Shown piece by piece: positions 26,249 to 37,713 of a stretch of DNA of 64,000 nt. Within the stretch, counting starts at the first letter, position 1, and every line of letters begins with the position of its first letter. The notes beneath the pieces were generated by a model. It did not search any database and was not told the origin of the DNA. It saw only the letters and a list, made by a program, of their open reading frames with translations. The stretch is from the NCBI GenBank assembly GCA_009840635.1, contig VXNL01000079.1, positions 3,782 to 67,781 on the forward strand, in the 5' to 3' direction. Origin of the DNA: Acidobacteriota bacterium. Lineage in GTDB: Bacteria > Acidobacteriota > Vicinamibacteria > Marinacidobacterales > Marinacidobacteraceae. The position numbers and the translations under genes were made by a program.

Positions 26249-27811
26249 CTACCGCCCCTTTCGCGGCAGCTTCTCGTCCGCCATCGCCGCGTGGTAGACG
26301 AACGCCGCGACCACCACCGCGTTCTTCTTGAGGTCGTCGATCGGCAGGGTGTCGTAGAAGTCGAGGTTCGTGTGGCCGCCGGTGCCGCCGACCCGCGCCT
26401 GCAGGAACTGGAAGCCCGGCAGGCCCGCGTCGTCGAACGCCACGTGGTCGGTGCTGCCCACGCTGGCGGGCGCCAGCGTCGTCATCCCGAAGTCGTGGAA
26501 CGGCGCCATCCACGCTTCGAAGATCGGCCGCACGTGCTCGTTCTCCTGGAGCCAGACGCCCCGGTAGCGGCCGGGGCCGTAGTCCTGGTTGAAGTACGCG
26601 GAGACGTTGTCGTAGCCGGGTTTCGTCCCCGTCTCGGGGTCGCCGAAGTGCTGCTTCACGTAGGCCCGCGACCCGAAGATGCCCTGCTCCTCGCCGGACC
26701 AGAGCGCGATCCGGATCGTCCGGCGCGGCTCGGCGCCGACCGCCTTCAGGATGCGCATCGCCTCCAGCATCACCGCCACTCCCGAGGAGTTGTCGCTGGC
26801 GTTCGGGCTCGCGTGCCAGGTGTCGAAGTGGGCGCCCAGCATCACCAGCTCGTGGGCGAGGTCGGTCCCCGCGATCTCGCCCAGGACGTTCCGGGCCTCG
26901 CTCGCCGCCTCGCCGTGCCGGTTCCGGACCTCGAGCTCGATGGTGACGGGGACTTCGCGCCGCCGGATCCGGTACATCCGGTTGTAGTGCTCCGGGGTGA
27001 CCGCGATGATCGGCACCGAAGACAGGGTCGCCTCCCTGTCCCACATGTCCACCTTGGCGCCGGGGCGGGCGAACCCGCGCACCGCGCCCGGCCAGCCGCT
27101 CCGTGACTCGAGTACTGCGGCGGCTCCCTCGTCGACGTAGAACTGGAGTCGTTCGAAGGGGCTCAGGACGTCCGGGTGCGGCGGCAGGTCCGCGTACTCG
27201 CTCGTGAAGAGCGGGTCCGTCGCCAGCCTCGGCAGCACGTTCGCCGCGAGCTGCTCCATCGCCTCGTCGGTGCGTTCGGGCGTCCCGGTGGCGAAGCGGG
27301 TCCGGTCCACCGCCGCCGGGGGCGTCGAGAGGACCGCCTTGCCGTGGAGCTTCCCGCGCAGGGCGTCGAGGTCGCCCCGCGTCCGGACGTCGGCGATGAC
27401 GACCTCCAGCGTTTCAGGGCCTTCGGTCCCCGGCGTGTGGGCGATGGGGTAGCCGACGAGCGTCTGGTACACCGGCTCCCGCATGTGGAGCGAGAAGTAG
27501 TCGTTGTCCCAGCTCGCCCCGTAGTTCATGAAGGGCTCGCGGACCGTGTTCACGAGCCCGATCTCGGCCATCTCCTCGAGCAGCCACTGCTGGGCCCGGT
27601 CCATCGCCGCCGAGTTGGTGAGCCGGCCGCCGATCACGTCGGTCATGTAGGAGAGGGTGTCGGGAAGCTGCGACCGATGAAGTCCCTCCTCCCGGATCTT
27701 CGCGATCATCTCCCGGTCCACGGGGAAGGGATCCTGGGCCGCGGCGGCGGTGGTGACGCCGAAGACCGCAGCCGCACCCGCGATCGACGCCCGGATCAGG
27801 TACTGCCTCAT
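26249..27811 (-). CDS. M28-family secreted aminopeptidase with PA domain
   Basis: It has a signal peptide and Zn ligands in the HFDTWHA...DNSSG and EEQG motif context. Length is 520 aa. Confidence 0.85.
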   Translation of the reverse strand: MRQYLIRASIAGAAAVFGVTTAAAAQDPFPVDREMIAKIREEGLHRSQLPDTLSYMTDVIGGRLTNSAAMDRAQQWLLEEMAEIGLVNTVREPFMNYGASWDNDYFSLHMREPVYQTLVGYPIAHTPGTEGPETLEVVIADVRTRGDLDALRGKLHGKAVLSTPPAAVDRTRFATGTPERTDEAMEQLAANVLPRLATDPLFTSEYADLPPHPDVLSPFERLQFYVDEGAAAVLESRSGWPGAVRGFARPGAKVDMWDREATLSSVPIIAVTPEHYNRMYRIRRREVPVTIELEVRNRHGEAASEARNVLGEIAGTDLAHELVMLGAHFDTWHASPNASDNSSGVAVMLEAMRILKAVGAEPRRTIRIALWSGEEQGIFGSRAYVKQHFGDPETGTKPGYDNVSAYFNQDYGPGRYRGVWLQENEHVRPIFEAWMAPFHDFGMTTLAPASVGSTDHVAFDDAGLPGFQFLQARVGGTGGHTNLDFYDTLPIDDLKKNAVVVAAFVYHAAMADEKLPRKGR

Positions 27812-27920
27812 GTTCGCCTCCGATCCGCGGCGTGGGCGCGGTCTGCGCGGGCCCGCGGGTCAGCGGAGAGGGTACTTTCGGGGCCGACACCGCCGGAATC
27901 GTGCGCCCTAGAATGGGTCG

Positions 27921-28544
27921 GTGAACGTGTCGCGGGACGCCGGTGAACGCGTGGCGGGGCCGTCGGGGACGGTTACCGCAGGCCGGCACATCCTGGGGAA
28001 GGGCCGCCGGCATGTCGCCACGGGCCGGACGACGGCCTTCCGGGCGGCCGTGTTCGGGATCAACGACGGCCTGGTCTCGAACACCGCGCTGATCCTGGGC
28101 GTGGGCGGGGCGACCGACGATTCCGGCTTCGTGCTGCTGGCCGGCGCCGCCGGCCTGATCGCGGGATCCCTTTCCATGGCGGCCGGGGAGTACCTGTCGG
28201 TGCGGTCCCAGATCGAGATGCTGGAGAAACAGCTCGCGCGCGAGGAACTGGGGATCGGTCCCGGTGACGTGGATTCACCCTTTGCGGCCGCCATCTCCTC
28301 CTTCCTGAGCTTCGCCGTGGGCGCGGCCGTTCCGCTCCTCCCGTTCGCGCTGACAGGCGGGACGGCGGCGCTCGCCGCCGGGGCGTCGCTGGCGCTCCTG
28401 GCGCTGTTCCTTGCGGGCGCCGCCGCCAGTCTGTTCACCGGACGCGGCGCGGTCTTCAGCGGCCTGCGCATGGCCGCCATCGGCGGCGGCGCGGCGGCCG
28501 TCACCCACGCCGTGGGTCGCCTGTTCGGCGTCGCGATCGGCTGA
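27921..28544 (+). CDS. VIT1/CCC1-family iron/manganese transporter
   Basis: It has the FGINDGLVS motif, an MAAGEYLS motif, and five TM helices. Confidence 0.8.
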   Translation: MNVSRDAGERVAGPSGTVTAGRHILGKGRRHVATGRTTAFRAAVFGINDGLVSNTALILGVGGATDDSGFVLLAGAAGLIAGSLSMAAGEYLSVRSQIEMLEKQLAREELGIGPGDVDSPFAAAISSFLSFAVGAAVPLLPFALTGGTAALAAGASLALLALFLAGAAASLFTGRGAVFSGLRMAAIGGGAAAVTHAVGRLFGVAIG

Positions 28545-28644
28545 TTCGCCCGGTCCAGCCGTGCGCAAGCGTCCGGCCGGAGGACCCCGGTGATTGGTAG
28601 AATCCCGGGCTGTTTCGCGAGTCGTGCGTTGCCGTGAGGACTCT

Positions 28645-28662
28645 GGATCGGAGGACCGATCC
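28645..28662. promoter_or_regulatory. Inverted repeat GGATCGG-AGGA-CCGATCC upstream of katG; candidate regulator operator
   Basis: A 7-bp perfect inverted repeat with a 4-bp spacer, about 60 bp upstream of the katG ATG. TAGAAT lies further upstream at 28598-28603. Confidence 0.3.
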
Positions 28663-28668
28663 CGATAG

Positions 28669-30852
<2,184 letters not shown>

Positions 30853-30864
30853 ACGGTCCGCCTC

Positions 30865-30906
30865 GGAGCGCCGGCCTCCGGCCGGCATCGCCCGCGCAGC
30901 GGGCGA
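30865..30906 (+). repeat. REP-like element, family 2 (GGAGCGCCGGCCTCCGGCCGGCATCGC plus CGCCCGCGCAGCGGGCG hairpin)
   Basis: It starts 12 nt after the katG stop, in the convergent gap with the carbonic anhydrase gene. Confidence 0.75.
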
Positions 30907-30921
30907 AACCCGCAACGCCCC

Positions 30922-31611
30922 TCAGCGCGCGTCGGTCACCAGCCGCCGCCCGTTCAGCGGCTGCACCGGCCGGTTGTTTACGGGGAAGAGCGCGCGGAAC
31001 GCCTCGATCTGTTCCCGCGAAGCCGTCACCGGCTCGCTCATCATCAGCCAGGACACGCCCTCGCTGCACGGCGGCGTGGTCAGCGAACCCGAATAGCGCC
31101 AGGTCGTCCGCCGCTCGGGCAGCAGCGCGGCGGCGTCCACCGTCCCCGCAACCAGCGCGGCAGGTCCCGCCTCCGCCGGCACGTGACGCCAGACCGGAGC
31201 GAGGGCCTCGTTCGCTGCGCCCTCCTCGAGAAACACGCCGACCACGGCGAGCGCACCATCGGCGTCCTCGTGAACCAGGTGCAGTTCCAGCGGAAAGTCC
31301 GCGCCGTCCACGGTGTGCTCGCTCCGGTGGTGGAAATGAAACTGGGTCAGTCCGTAGCGCGTTCCGTCGAGGACGATGCCGCTCCCGGCCTGGTAGTCCA
31401 CCTGGATGGTGTGGCCGTTGTTCTGGATGGAGATCGGGCTCGGCGCGTACTCGAAGCCGATCTCCGACAGGGCTTCCCGTTCGGCGCCCGTGAGGTCGAT
31501 CGGCGACTGCTCGCGGCCGCCCGTGCACACGGCGAACGCGGGGTCCAGCGAACCCCAGTGGTCAGGGCCGAGCTCGCCCTCATATCCCCAGTGCGGCCCT
31601 CCGGCGATCAT
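30922..31611 (-). CDS. Alpha-class carbonic anhydrase
   Basis: It has the QSPIDL and FHFHHRSEH zinc histidines and SGSLTTPPC. No N-terminal signal peptide is present in the called ORF. Confidence 0.85.
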   Translation of the reverse strand: MIAGGPHWGYEGELGPDHWGSLDPAFAVCTGGREQSPIDLTGAEREALSEIGFEYAPSPISIQNNGHTIQVDYQAGSGIVLDGTRYGLTQFHFHHRSEHTVDGADFPLELHLVHEDADGALAVVGVFLEEGAANEALAPVWRHVPAEAGPAALVAGTVDAAALLPERRTTWRYSGSLTTPPCSEGVSWLMMSEPVTASREQIEAFRALFPVNNRPVQPLNGRRLVTDAR

Positions 31612-31723
31612 GACTGCGTTCCGTTCAACATCGGTCCTTCGTCCCGCTGCGTAGTGTGTAATTGATCGCCTCCGTGTCCACGTCCAGGTGTGGCCGGGTC
31701 ACTGGGGAAGGAGGGAAGGGGTC

Positions 31724-32860
31724 ATGATCGAGTGGCTCGGCATCGGCCACCTGCTGGAGCTTTCCGGAACGGAGGCGGTTCTGGGGTTTCTTACCCCCCT
31801 GCTGGTCTTCGTCTTCTTCTTCGTGGCGCAGCTCATCCTGCCGGGACGGTGGGTTCCCGGCTACGTCGTCGATCCGAAGACCGGTGAGCCACGGAAGTAT
31901 CGGCTGAACGGCCTCCTGGTGTTCGTCATCGCCCTGGTTGTGTGGGCCTTCGAGCTCACCGGCATGCCCCGCGACTGGTTCTACCGGTCTTCGCTCTACG
32001 CCGTCGCCGGGGGAACCCTCCTCACCATCATCTTCACGATCCTCGCGGTGTTCAGCCAGCCGGAAGGCAGGGTCAAGAACCGGTTCCTGGCGTGGTGGTT
32101 CGGGCGGGCGCAGGAGCTGCAGTTCTTCAACCACCGCTTCGACGTGAAGATGTGGTTCTACGTCGTCGGCGGGACGATGCTGTCGCTGAACGCCCTGTCG
32201 GGGGCCGTCTACCACTATGAACTCTTCGGCGAGAACTCCAATCCGGGCGTCTTCGTGTACGCGGGGTTCTTCACGTTCTACGTGCTGGACTACTTCGTCT
32301 TCGAGCGCGTCCAGCTCTACACCTACGACCTGATCCACGAGAACGTCGGTTTCAAGCTCTTCTGGGGCGGCCTCATCGTCTACGGCTGGATGTTCATCCT
32401 CCCGCTCTGGGGCATGGCCGTCTACCCGCATCCGGGATTCTCGCCGGCGGCGACGAACGCTTGGCTCATCGGGACGGTGGCGATGTTCCTCTTCGGGTGG
32501 GGCATCTCGCGCGGCGCCAACCTGCAGAAGTACACGTTCAAGCGCTGGCCCGACCGCACGTTCCTGGGCATCGAGCCCGAGGTCATCGAGGCCGGCGACC
32601 GCAGGATCCTGTGCAGCGGTTTCTGGGGCGTCGCCCGTCACTTCAACTACCTGGGCGAGGGATTTCTGGGGCTGTCGATCGCCCTGATCTTCGGCCACTT
32701 CACAAACTTCTGGGCCTGGACCTACTTCATCTTCGTCGTCTCGATGTTCACCTACCGCCAACGGGACGACGACGCGCACTGCGCCCAGAAATACGGCCCC
32801 GAGAAGTGGGCGGAGTACCAGGCACGGGTGAAGTACCGGATCGTCCCCGGGATCTACTGA
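31724..32860 (+). CDS. ERG4/ERG24/DHCR7-family sterol reductase homolog
   Basis: Sterol reductase signature 2 is present (LCSGFWGVARHFNYLGE), as is the GANLQKYTFKRWPD motif. It is a polytopic membrane protein of 378 aa. An RBS GGAAGGGAGG lies upstream of ATG 31724. Confidence 0.8.
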   Translation: MIEWLGIGHLLELSGTEAVLGFLTPLLVFVFFFVAQLILPGRWVPGYVVDPKTGEPRKYRLNGLLVFVIALVVWAFELTGMPRDWFYRSSLYAVAGGTLLTIIFTILAVFSQPEGRVKNRFLAWWFGRAQELQFFNHRFDVKMWFYVVGGTMLSLNALSGAVYHYELFGENSNPGVFVYAGFFTFYVLDYFVFERVQLYTYDLIHENVGFKLFWGGLIVYGWMFILPLWGMAVYPHPGFSPAATNAWLIGTVAMFLFGWGISRGANLQKYTFKRWPDRTFLGIEPEVIEAGDRRILCSGFWGVARHFNYLGEGFLGLSIALIFGHFTNFWAWTYFIFVVSMFTYRQRDDDAHCAQKYGPEKWAEYQARVKYRIVPGIY

Positions 32861-32864
32861 GCTT

Positions 32865-32909
32865 GGAGCGCCGGCCTCCGGCCGGCATCGCGGCCCGAGA
32901 GGGCCGCGA
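32865..32909 (+). repeat. REP-like element, family 2 (GGAGCGCCGGCCTCCGGCCGGCATCGC plus GGCCCGAGAGGGCCG hairpin)
   Basis: It starts 5 nt after the sterol-reductase stop. Confidence 0.75.
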
Positions 32910-33004
32910 TACCGTGAACGGCAGATGGAGCGAGTGGCGCGCAGGGTGGGACCGCCGGTCTGAAGGCCGCTACCGCGAGAACCGGCCGGCGGTCCCGGCC
33001 GCCC

Positions 33005-33976
33005 CTACGGCCTCAGGATCAGCTTGCCCATCGTGGCGCGGCCCTCGAGGAGGCGATGGGCCTCGGCGGCCTGGGCCAGGGGGAGTTCCCGGTCGATGGT
33101 GAGCTGGAGCCGGCCGCTCGCCACGCTGTCGAGGACCTCGCCGGCGCGCCAGCGGAGTTCGTCCGTGGTCGCCGCGTAGTCGCCGAGGGTGGGCCGGGTC
33201 ACGAACAGGGAGCCGTGCTGGGACAGCAGCAGCGGGTCGATCGGGGGCACCGGTCCGGATGACTGGCCGTAGAGGACGAGCATCCCGCGCGGCCGCAACA
33301 GACCCATGCTCTTCCGCCACGTCGTCTCGCCCACCGAGTCGTAGGCGACCGCCAGCCGCTCGACCCCGAGCTCCTCGCGGATCACCTCCGCGAAGTCCTG
33401 CTCGGTGTAGCGGATCACGGTGTCGGCGCCGGCGGCGAGCGCGGCCTTGGCCTTCGCTTCCGTGGACACGGTCCCGAAGACCCGAGCTCCGAGCGCGCGG
33501 CACATCTGGCAGAGCAGCAGTCCCATGCCGCCCGCCGCCGCGTGGACCAGCACCGGCATCCCGGACTGCACCCGGAACGTCGAGCGCACCAGGTAGTGGG
33601 CGGTCATCCCCTGGAGGAGTGCGGCGGCGGCCTGGTCGGTGGAGACCCCGTCCGGAAGCCGGACGAGCTTCGCCGCGGGGCGGACCGCCGCTTCGGCGTA
33701 GCTGCCCATCTGCATCACCCAGCCGACCCGGTCGCCGGGCGCCAGGTCCGAAACGCCCTCGCCAACGGCCTCCACGACGCCGGCGCCCTCGACACCCGGA
33801 GTGAACGGAAGAGGAATCGGATACAGCCCCGTCCGGTGGTAGGTGTCGATGAAGTTGACCCCGGCGGCCTCCACCCGGACGAGGGCCTCTCCGGCGCCGG
33901 GGGCCGCGTCGGGGGCGGAGCCGAGGCTCATGACCTCGGGGCCGCCGGGTTCCTGGATGCGGATGGCTTGGGGCAT
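33005..33976 (-). CDS. qor: NADPH:quinone oxidoreductase / zeta-crystallin (MDR superfamily)
   Basis: It has the GVNFID motif and a GAAGGMG Rossmann fold. Length is 323 aa. Confidence 0.85.
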   Translation of the reverse strand: MPQAIRIQEPGGPEVMSLGSAPDAAPGAGEALVRVEAAGVNFIDTYHRTGLYPIPLPFTPGVEGAGVVEAVGEGVSDLAPGDRVGWVMQMGSYAEAAVRPAAKLVRLPDGVSTDQAAAALLQGMTAHYLVRSTFRVQSGMPVLVHAAAGGMGLLLCQMCRALGARVFGTVSTEAKAKAALAAGADTVIRYTEQDFAEVIREELGVERLAVAYDSVGETTWRKSMGLLRPRGMLVLYGQSSGPVPPIDPLLLSQHGSLFVTRPTLGDYAATTDELRWRAGEVLDSVASGRLQLTIDRELPLAQAAEAHRLLEGRATMGKLILRP

Positions 33977-34015
33977 GGGGGTCCTTTCGAGCGGCGCATC
34001 CTACAATTCGCCCAA

Positions 34016-35833
34016 ATGACGACCGGTTCCCCCACCGGTCTTGAGAACAAGATCGCCCGGCTCCCGGAGAGCGCCGGGGTCTATCTCTTCCGCTCGGCCG
34101 AGGGGAAGACGCTCTATGTCGGCAAGGCCGCTTCGGTGAAGGCGCGGGTGCTGTCGCACCTCCGCACCCCGCCACCCGATGCCCGCAAGGGGAACCTGCT
34201 CTCCCAGATCGCCGACGTGGAGGTGGTGCTCACCGACTCCGCGCGCGAGGCGCTGCACCTCGAGAACAACCTCATCAAGACGCGCCGGCCCCGCTACAAC
34301 ATCCTGCTCCGGGACGACAAGAACCCGCCGCTCGTCCGGCTCACGATGAACGAGAAGTACCCGCGGGTCCACATCGTCCGGGGCGCCGGCACCGACGGCG
34401 CGGTGTACGCGGGTCCTTATTTCCCGGCGAGTCTGGCCCGCCGGAGCATGAGCCTGGTGCACCGGCTCTTCGGGATCCGGAACTGCCGCGAGCAGCTCAA
34501 CGGGAAGCGCCCGCGCCCCTGCCTCCAGTACCAGATCCGGCGGTGCGTCGCGCCCTGCGTGGACTCGATCTGCTCGGTGGACGAATACCGCGAGACGTCG
34601 GAAGCGGCCCGGCTCTTCCTGCTCGGGCGCACCACCGAACTCTCGACCTCGCTCACCCGGCGCATGCGCGACGAGGCCGAAGCGGAACGCTTCGAGGAGG
34701 CCGCCCGGCTGCGCGACAGCCTGAAGCTGCTCGCGGAGCTGAACGACCGCCAGAAGATGGCCGCCGCCGAGGGCAAGGCCCGCGACGTGTTCGGCCTCTA
34801 CCGGGAAGGGGACCGCGCCCAGTTGCAGGTGTTCCTGGTCCGGGGCGGCAAGGTGGTGGACCGGGACACCTTCTCGCTCTCCGATCTGCCCCCGGTGGAC
34901 GACGCGGGACTCGTGGAAGCGGCGATGAAGCAGTTCTACGAGATGGGGCGCATGCCGCCGCCCCGGATCGAAGCGCCGCTCGATTTCGCCGAGCGCGAGC
35001 TGGTGGCCGATTGGCTGGGCGAGAAGCGCGGCGGCCGCGTGGAGATCCACGTTCCGGTAAAGGGCTCCCGCCGCCGGATGGTGGACCTCGTCTGCCGGAA
35101 CGCGCGGCTGGCGTTCGACCTCGACTTCCGGGAGGCCGGGCGGAAGGCCGCCGCCCGGGTCCGCGCCCTCCAGGAAGCCCTCCAGCTCCCGGCCGAGCCC
35201 CGCCGCATCGAGGCGTTCGACGTCTCCAACCTGGGCGGGCGCCAGGTGGTGGCCTCGATGGTGGTCTTCGAGCGCGGCGAGCCGCTCCCTTCGGCGTACC
35301 GGCGGTTCCGCATCCGCACCGTCAAGGGCAAGCCCGACGACTACGCCTCGATGCGCGAAGTCGTGCTCCGCCGCTACCGGAGGGTGCTCACCGAGGGAGC
35401 GGAACTCCCGGACCTGATCCTGGTGGACGGCGGGCGCGGCCAGCTCAGCTCGGCGGCGGCGGCCCTCCACGACCTCGGGCTGACCCACATCCCGCACGCG
35501 GGTCTCGCGAAGCGCGAGGAGGAGATCTTCCTGCCCGGTGCTCCGGAGCCGCTGCGGCTCCCCCGGAACTCCCCGGCGCTCCACCTCCTCGAACGGGCCC
35601 GGGACGAGGCGCACCGTTTCGCCATCACCTTCCACCGCAAGAGCCGGAGGGCCGACACGCTCCGTTCGGCGCTCGACGGCGTGCCCGGGATCGGCCCCCG
35701 GCGGCGGCAGGCGCTGCTGACCCGCTTCGGGAGTCTGCGGCGGGTGACGGAGGCCTCCGAAGCCGAACTCGCGGAGACCGTGGGCCCGGCGCTGGCCGCG
35801 AAACTGCACGCCCGCCTCCATCCCGGCCCGTAG
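34016..35833 (+). CDS. uvrC: Excinuclease ABC subunit C
   Basis: It has a GIY-YIG N-terminus (GVYLFRSAEGKTLYVGKA), a UvrBC-interaction region, an RNase H-like domain and a C-terminal (HhH)2. Confidence 0.9.
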   Translation: MTTGSPTGLENKIARLPESAGVYLFRSAEGKTLYVGKAASVKARVLSHLRTPPPDARKGNLLSQIADVEVVLTDSAREALHLENNLIKTRRPRYNILLRDDKNPPLVRLTMNEKYPRVHIVRGAGTDGAVYAGPYFPASLARRSMSLVHRLFGIRNCREQLNGKRPRPCLQYQIRRCVAPCVDSICSVDEYRETSEAARLFLLGRTTELSTSLTRRMRDEAEAERFEEAARLRDSLKLLAELNDRQKMAAAEGKARDVFGLYREGDRAQLQVFLVRGGKVVDRDTFSLSDLPPVDDAGLVEAAMKQFYEMGRMPPPRIEAPLDFAERELVADWLGEKRGGRVEIHVPVKGSRRRMVDLVCRNARLAFDLDFREAGRKAAARVRALQEALQLPAEPRRIEAFDVSNLGGRQVVASMVVFERGEPLPSAYRRFRIRTVKGKPDDYASMREVVLRRYRRVLTEGAELPDLILVDGGRGQLSSAAAALHDLGLTHIPHAGLAKREEEIFLPGAPEPLRLPRNSPALHLLERARDEAHRFAITFHRKSRRADTLRSALDGVPGIGPRRRQALLTRFGSLRRVTEASEAELAETVGPALAAKLHARLHPGP

Positions 35834-35847
35834 AATCCCGACGCTTC

Positions 35848-36876
35848 ATGGCAGAAACGGACACGTCACCGCGCAGCGGGCGCAAGCGCCTCCTCTCCGG
35901 GATGCGGCCCACCGGGTCGTCCCACCTCGGGCACCTGGTGGGGGCGTACCGCAACTGGGTCGCGATGCAGGACGAGTTCGACGCCTTCTACTGCATCGTG
36001 GACTGGCACGCGCTGACCACCGACTACAAGGACACCAGCGACCTCCGGGCGAGCACCCTCGAGATCGCCACCGACTGGCTCGCGGTGGGACTCGATCCGA
36101 AGCGGTGCACGCTCTTCGTCCAGTCGCAGGTGCCCGAGCACGCCGAACTCCATCTGCTGCTCTCGATGGTCGTGCCGCTCGGTTGGCTGGAGCGCGTCCC
36201 GACCTACAAGGAACTGATCAAGGAACTCAAGGAGAAGGACCTCCACACCTACGGGTTCCTCGGGTATCCCGTGCTGCAGGCGGCCGACATCCTCATGTAC
36301 GACGCCGCCGTGGTGCCGGTGGGCGAGGACCAGAAGCCCCACGTGGAACTCACCCGCGAGATCGCCCGCCGGTTCAACCAGTTCTACGGCGACGTGGTCA
36401 CCGAACCCGACGTCCGGCTCACGCCGTCGCCCCGCTTGCCGGGAACCGACGGACGCAAGATGTCCAAGAGCTACGGCAACGTCATCGGCATCGCCGAGGA
36501 CGAGGATTCGGTCCGCGGGAAGCTCAAGACCATGATGACCGACCCGGCCCGGAAGCGGCTGAAGGACCCGGGCGATCCGGCAAAGTGCCCGGTGTTCGAC
36601 CTCCACCGCATCTTCTCCGACGAGGAGACCCAGAACTGGGCCGCCGAAGGCTGCCGGACAGCCGGGATCGGTTGCATCCAGTGCAAGAACGCGCTGGCCG
36701 ACCACCTGGTCGCGGAGATCGCGCCGATCGGCGAGCGGCGCCGGGAATACGAGAAGCGGCCCGACGACGTACGGGACGTTCTGGCTGCCGGACGGCGCGA
36801 GGCGTCCGAGGCGGCCCGCGCGACCATGGAGCGGGTGCGCGCCGCGGTCCAGCTCCCGATCGCCAACAGCCCGTGA
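35848..36876 (+). CDS. trpS: Tryptophan--tRNA ligase
   Basis: It carries the HLGH-like motif (SSHLGHLVG) and KMSKS. Length is 342 aa. Confidence 0.9.
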   Translation: MAETDTSPRSGRKRLLSGMRPTGSSHLGHLVGAYRNWVAMQDEFDAFYCIVDWHALTTDYKDTSDLRASTLEIATDWLAVGLDPKRCTLFVQSQVPEHAELHLLLSMVVPLGWLERVPTYKELIKELKEKDLHTYGFLGYPVLQAADILMYDAAVVPVGEDQKPHVELTREIARRFNQFYGDVVTEPDVRLTPSPRLPGTDGRKMSKSYGNVIGIAEDEDSVRGKLKTMMTDPARKRLKDPGDPAKCPVFDLHRIFSDEETQNWAAEGCRTAGIGCIQCKNALADHLVAEIAPIGERRREYEKRPDDVRDVLAAGRREASEAARATMERVRAAVQLPIANSP

Positions 36877-37703
36877 AAGCGGTCCTCTACCAGCCGGAGA
36901 CCGAACTCGGGACGCCCGGCCCGGGCTTCCACATCCGCTTCGACGCCGGTGAGGGCTCCCCTGCCGACGACGGTTTCGACGGCCCGCTGGAACTGCTCCT
37001 CCGCATGGTGCGCGAGGGGCAGGCCGATCCGCTGCGCATCGAGATCGCCTCCATCACCCGGCAGTACCTGGAGACCCTCGAACTCCTCGAGATGCTCGAC
37101 CTCCAGGTCGGGTCCGAGTTCCTCAAGCTGGCGACCGCGCTCCTCCGGATCAAGGCGCGCCGCCTCCTGCCTCGGCCGCTCCCGGCCGCCGCTGGAGCGG
37201 AGGCGGACCCGCTGGCCGCGCTGGAGGACCGCCTCCGGGACTATGCCCGCTACCGGGACGCCGCCCGCAAGCTGCGGGAGAGCCTCGAGGCGCGCCGTTC
37301 GGTGTGGGTCCGGCAGCCCGCTCTCGGGTTCGTGGAGGGCGAGGCGGCCCACGGTGACTCCGCGGACGCCGAGCCGGAGACTCTCCTGCAGGTGGATCTC
37401 TTCGCGGTGGTGGAGGCGTTCCGGCGGGTCGTCGTCCGGGCGCGGGCGCGGCCCTCCGTGCCGATCCCCGAACGCCGGATCTCCATGGCGGTCCTGATCG
37501 GCCGTATCGAGACCGCCGTCCCGCCCGGCGCCGAGGCGGACTTCGAGGAACTGCTCTTCGAGGTCATCGAGGGCAACGTGGACCGGGGAACCCTGGTCGC
37601 GGCGTTCCTGGCGATCCTGGAACTCGCCCGCCGCCGCCGCATTTCGGTGGGCCAGGACGAGAACTTCGGTCCGATCCGCATCGCCGGGCTGGCGGCCGAC
37701 TGA
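36873..37703 (+). CDS. scpA: Segregation and condensation protein A
   Basis: The kleisin ScpA pattern is present (LELLLRMVREGQADPLRIEIASITRQYLE). A GTG start overlaps the trpS stop. Confidence 0.8.
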   Translation: MKAVLYQPETELGTPGPGFHIRFDAGEGSPADDGFDGPLELLLRMVREGQADPLRIEIASITRQYLETLELLEMLDLQVGSEFLKLATALLRIKARRLLPRPLPAAAGAEADPLAALEDRLRDYARYRDAARKLRESLEARRSVWVRQPALGFVEGEAAHGDSADAEPETLLQVDLFAVVEAFRRVVVRARARPSVPIPERRISMAVLIGRIETAVPPGAEADFEELLFEVIEGNVDRGTLVAAFLAILELARRRRISVGQDENFGPIRIAGLAAD

Positions 37704-37713
37704 GGAGCTTTCG

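Noticed and set aside
27846-27857. 12-bp perfect palindrome CGCGGGCCCGCG in the divergent M28/VIT1 spacer
   Set aside because: In about 70% GC DNA an all-GC 12-mer palindrome is not very improbable, and no second copy or matching half-site was seen.
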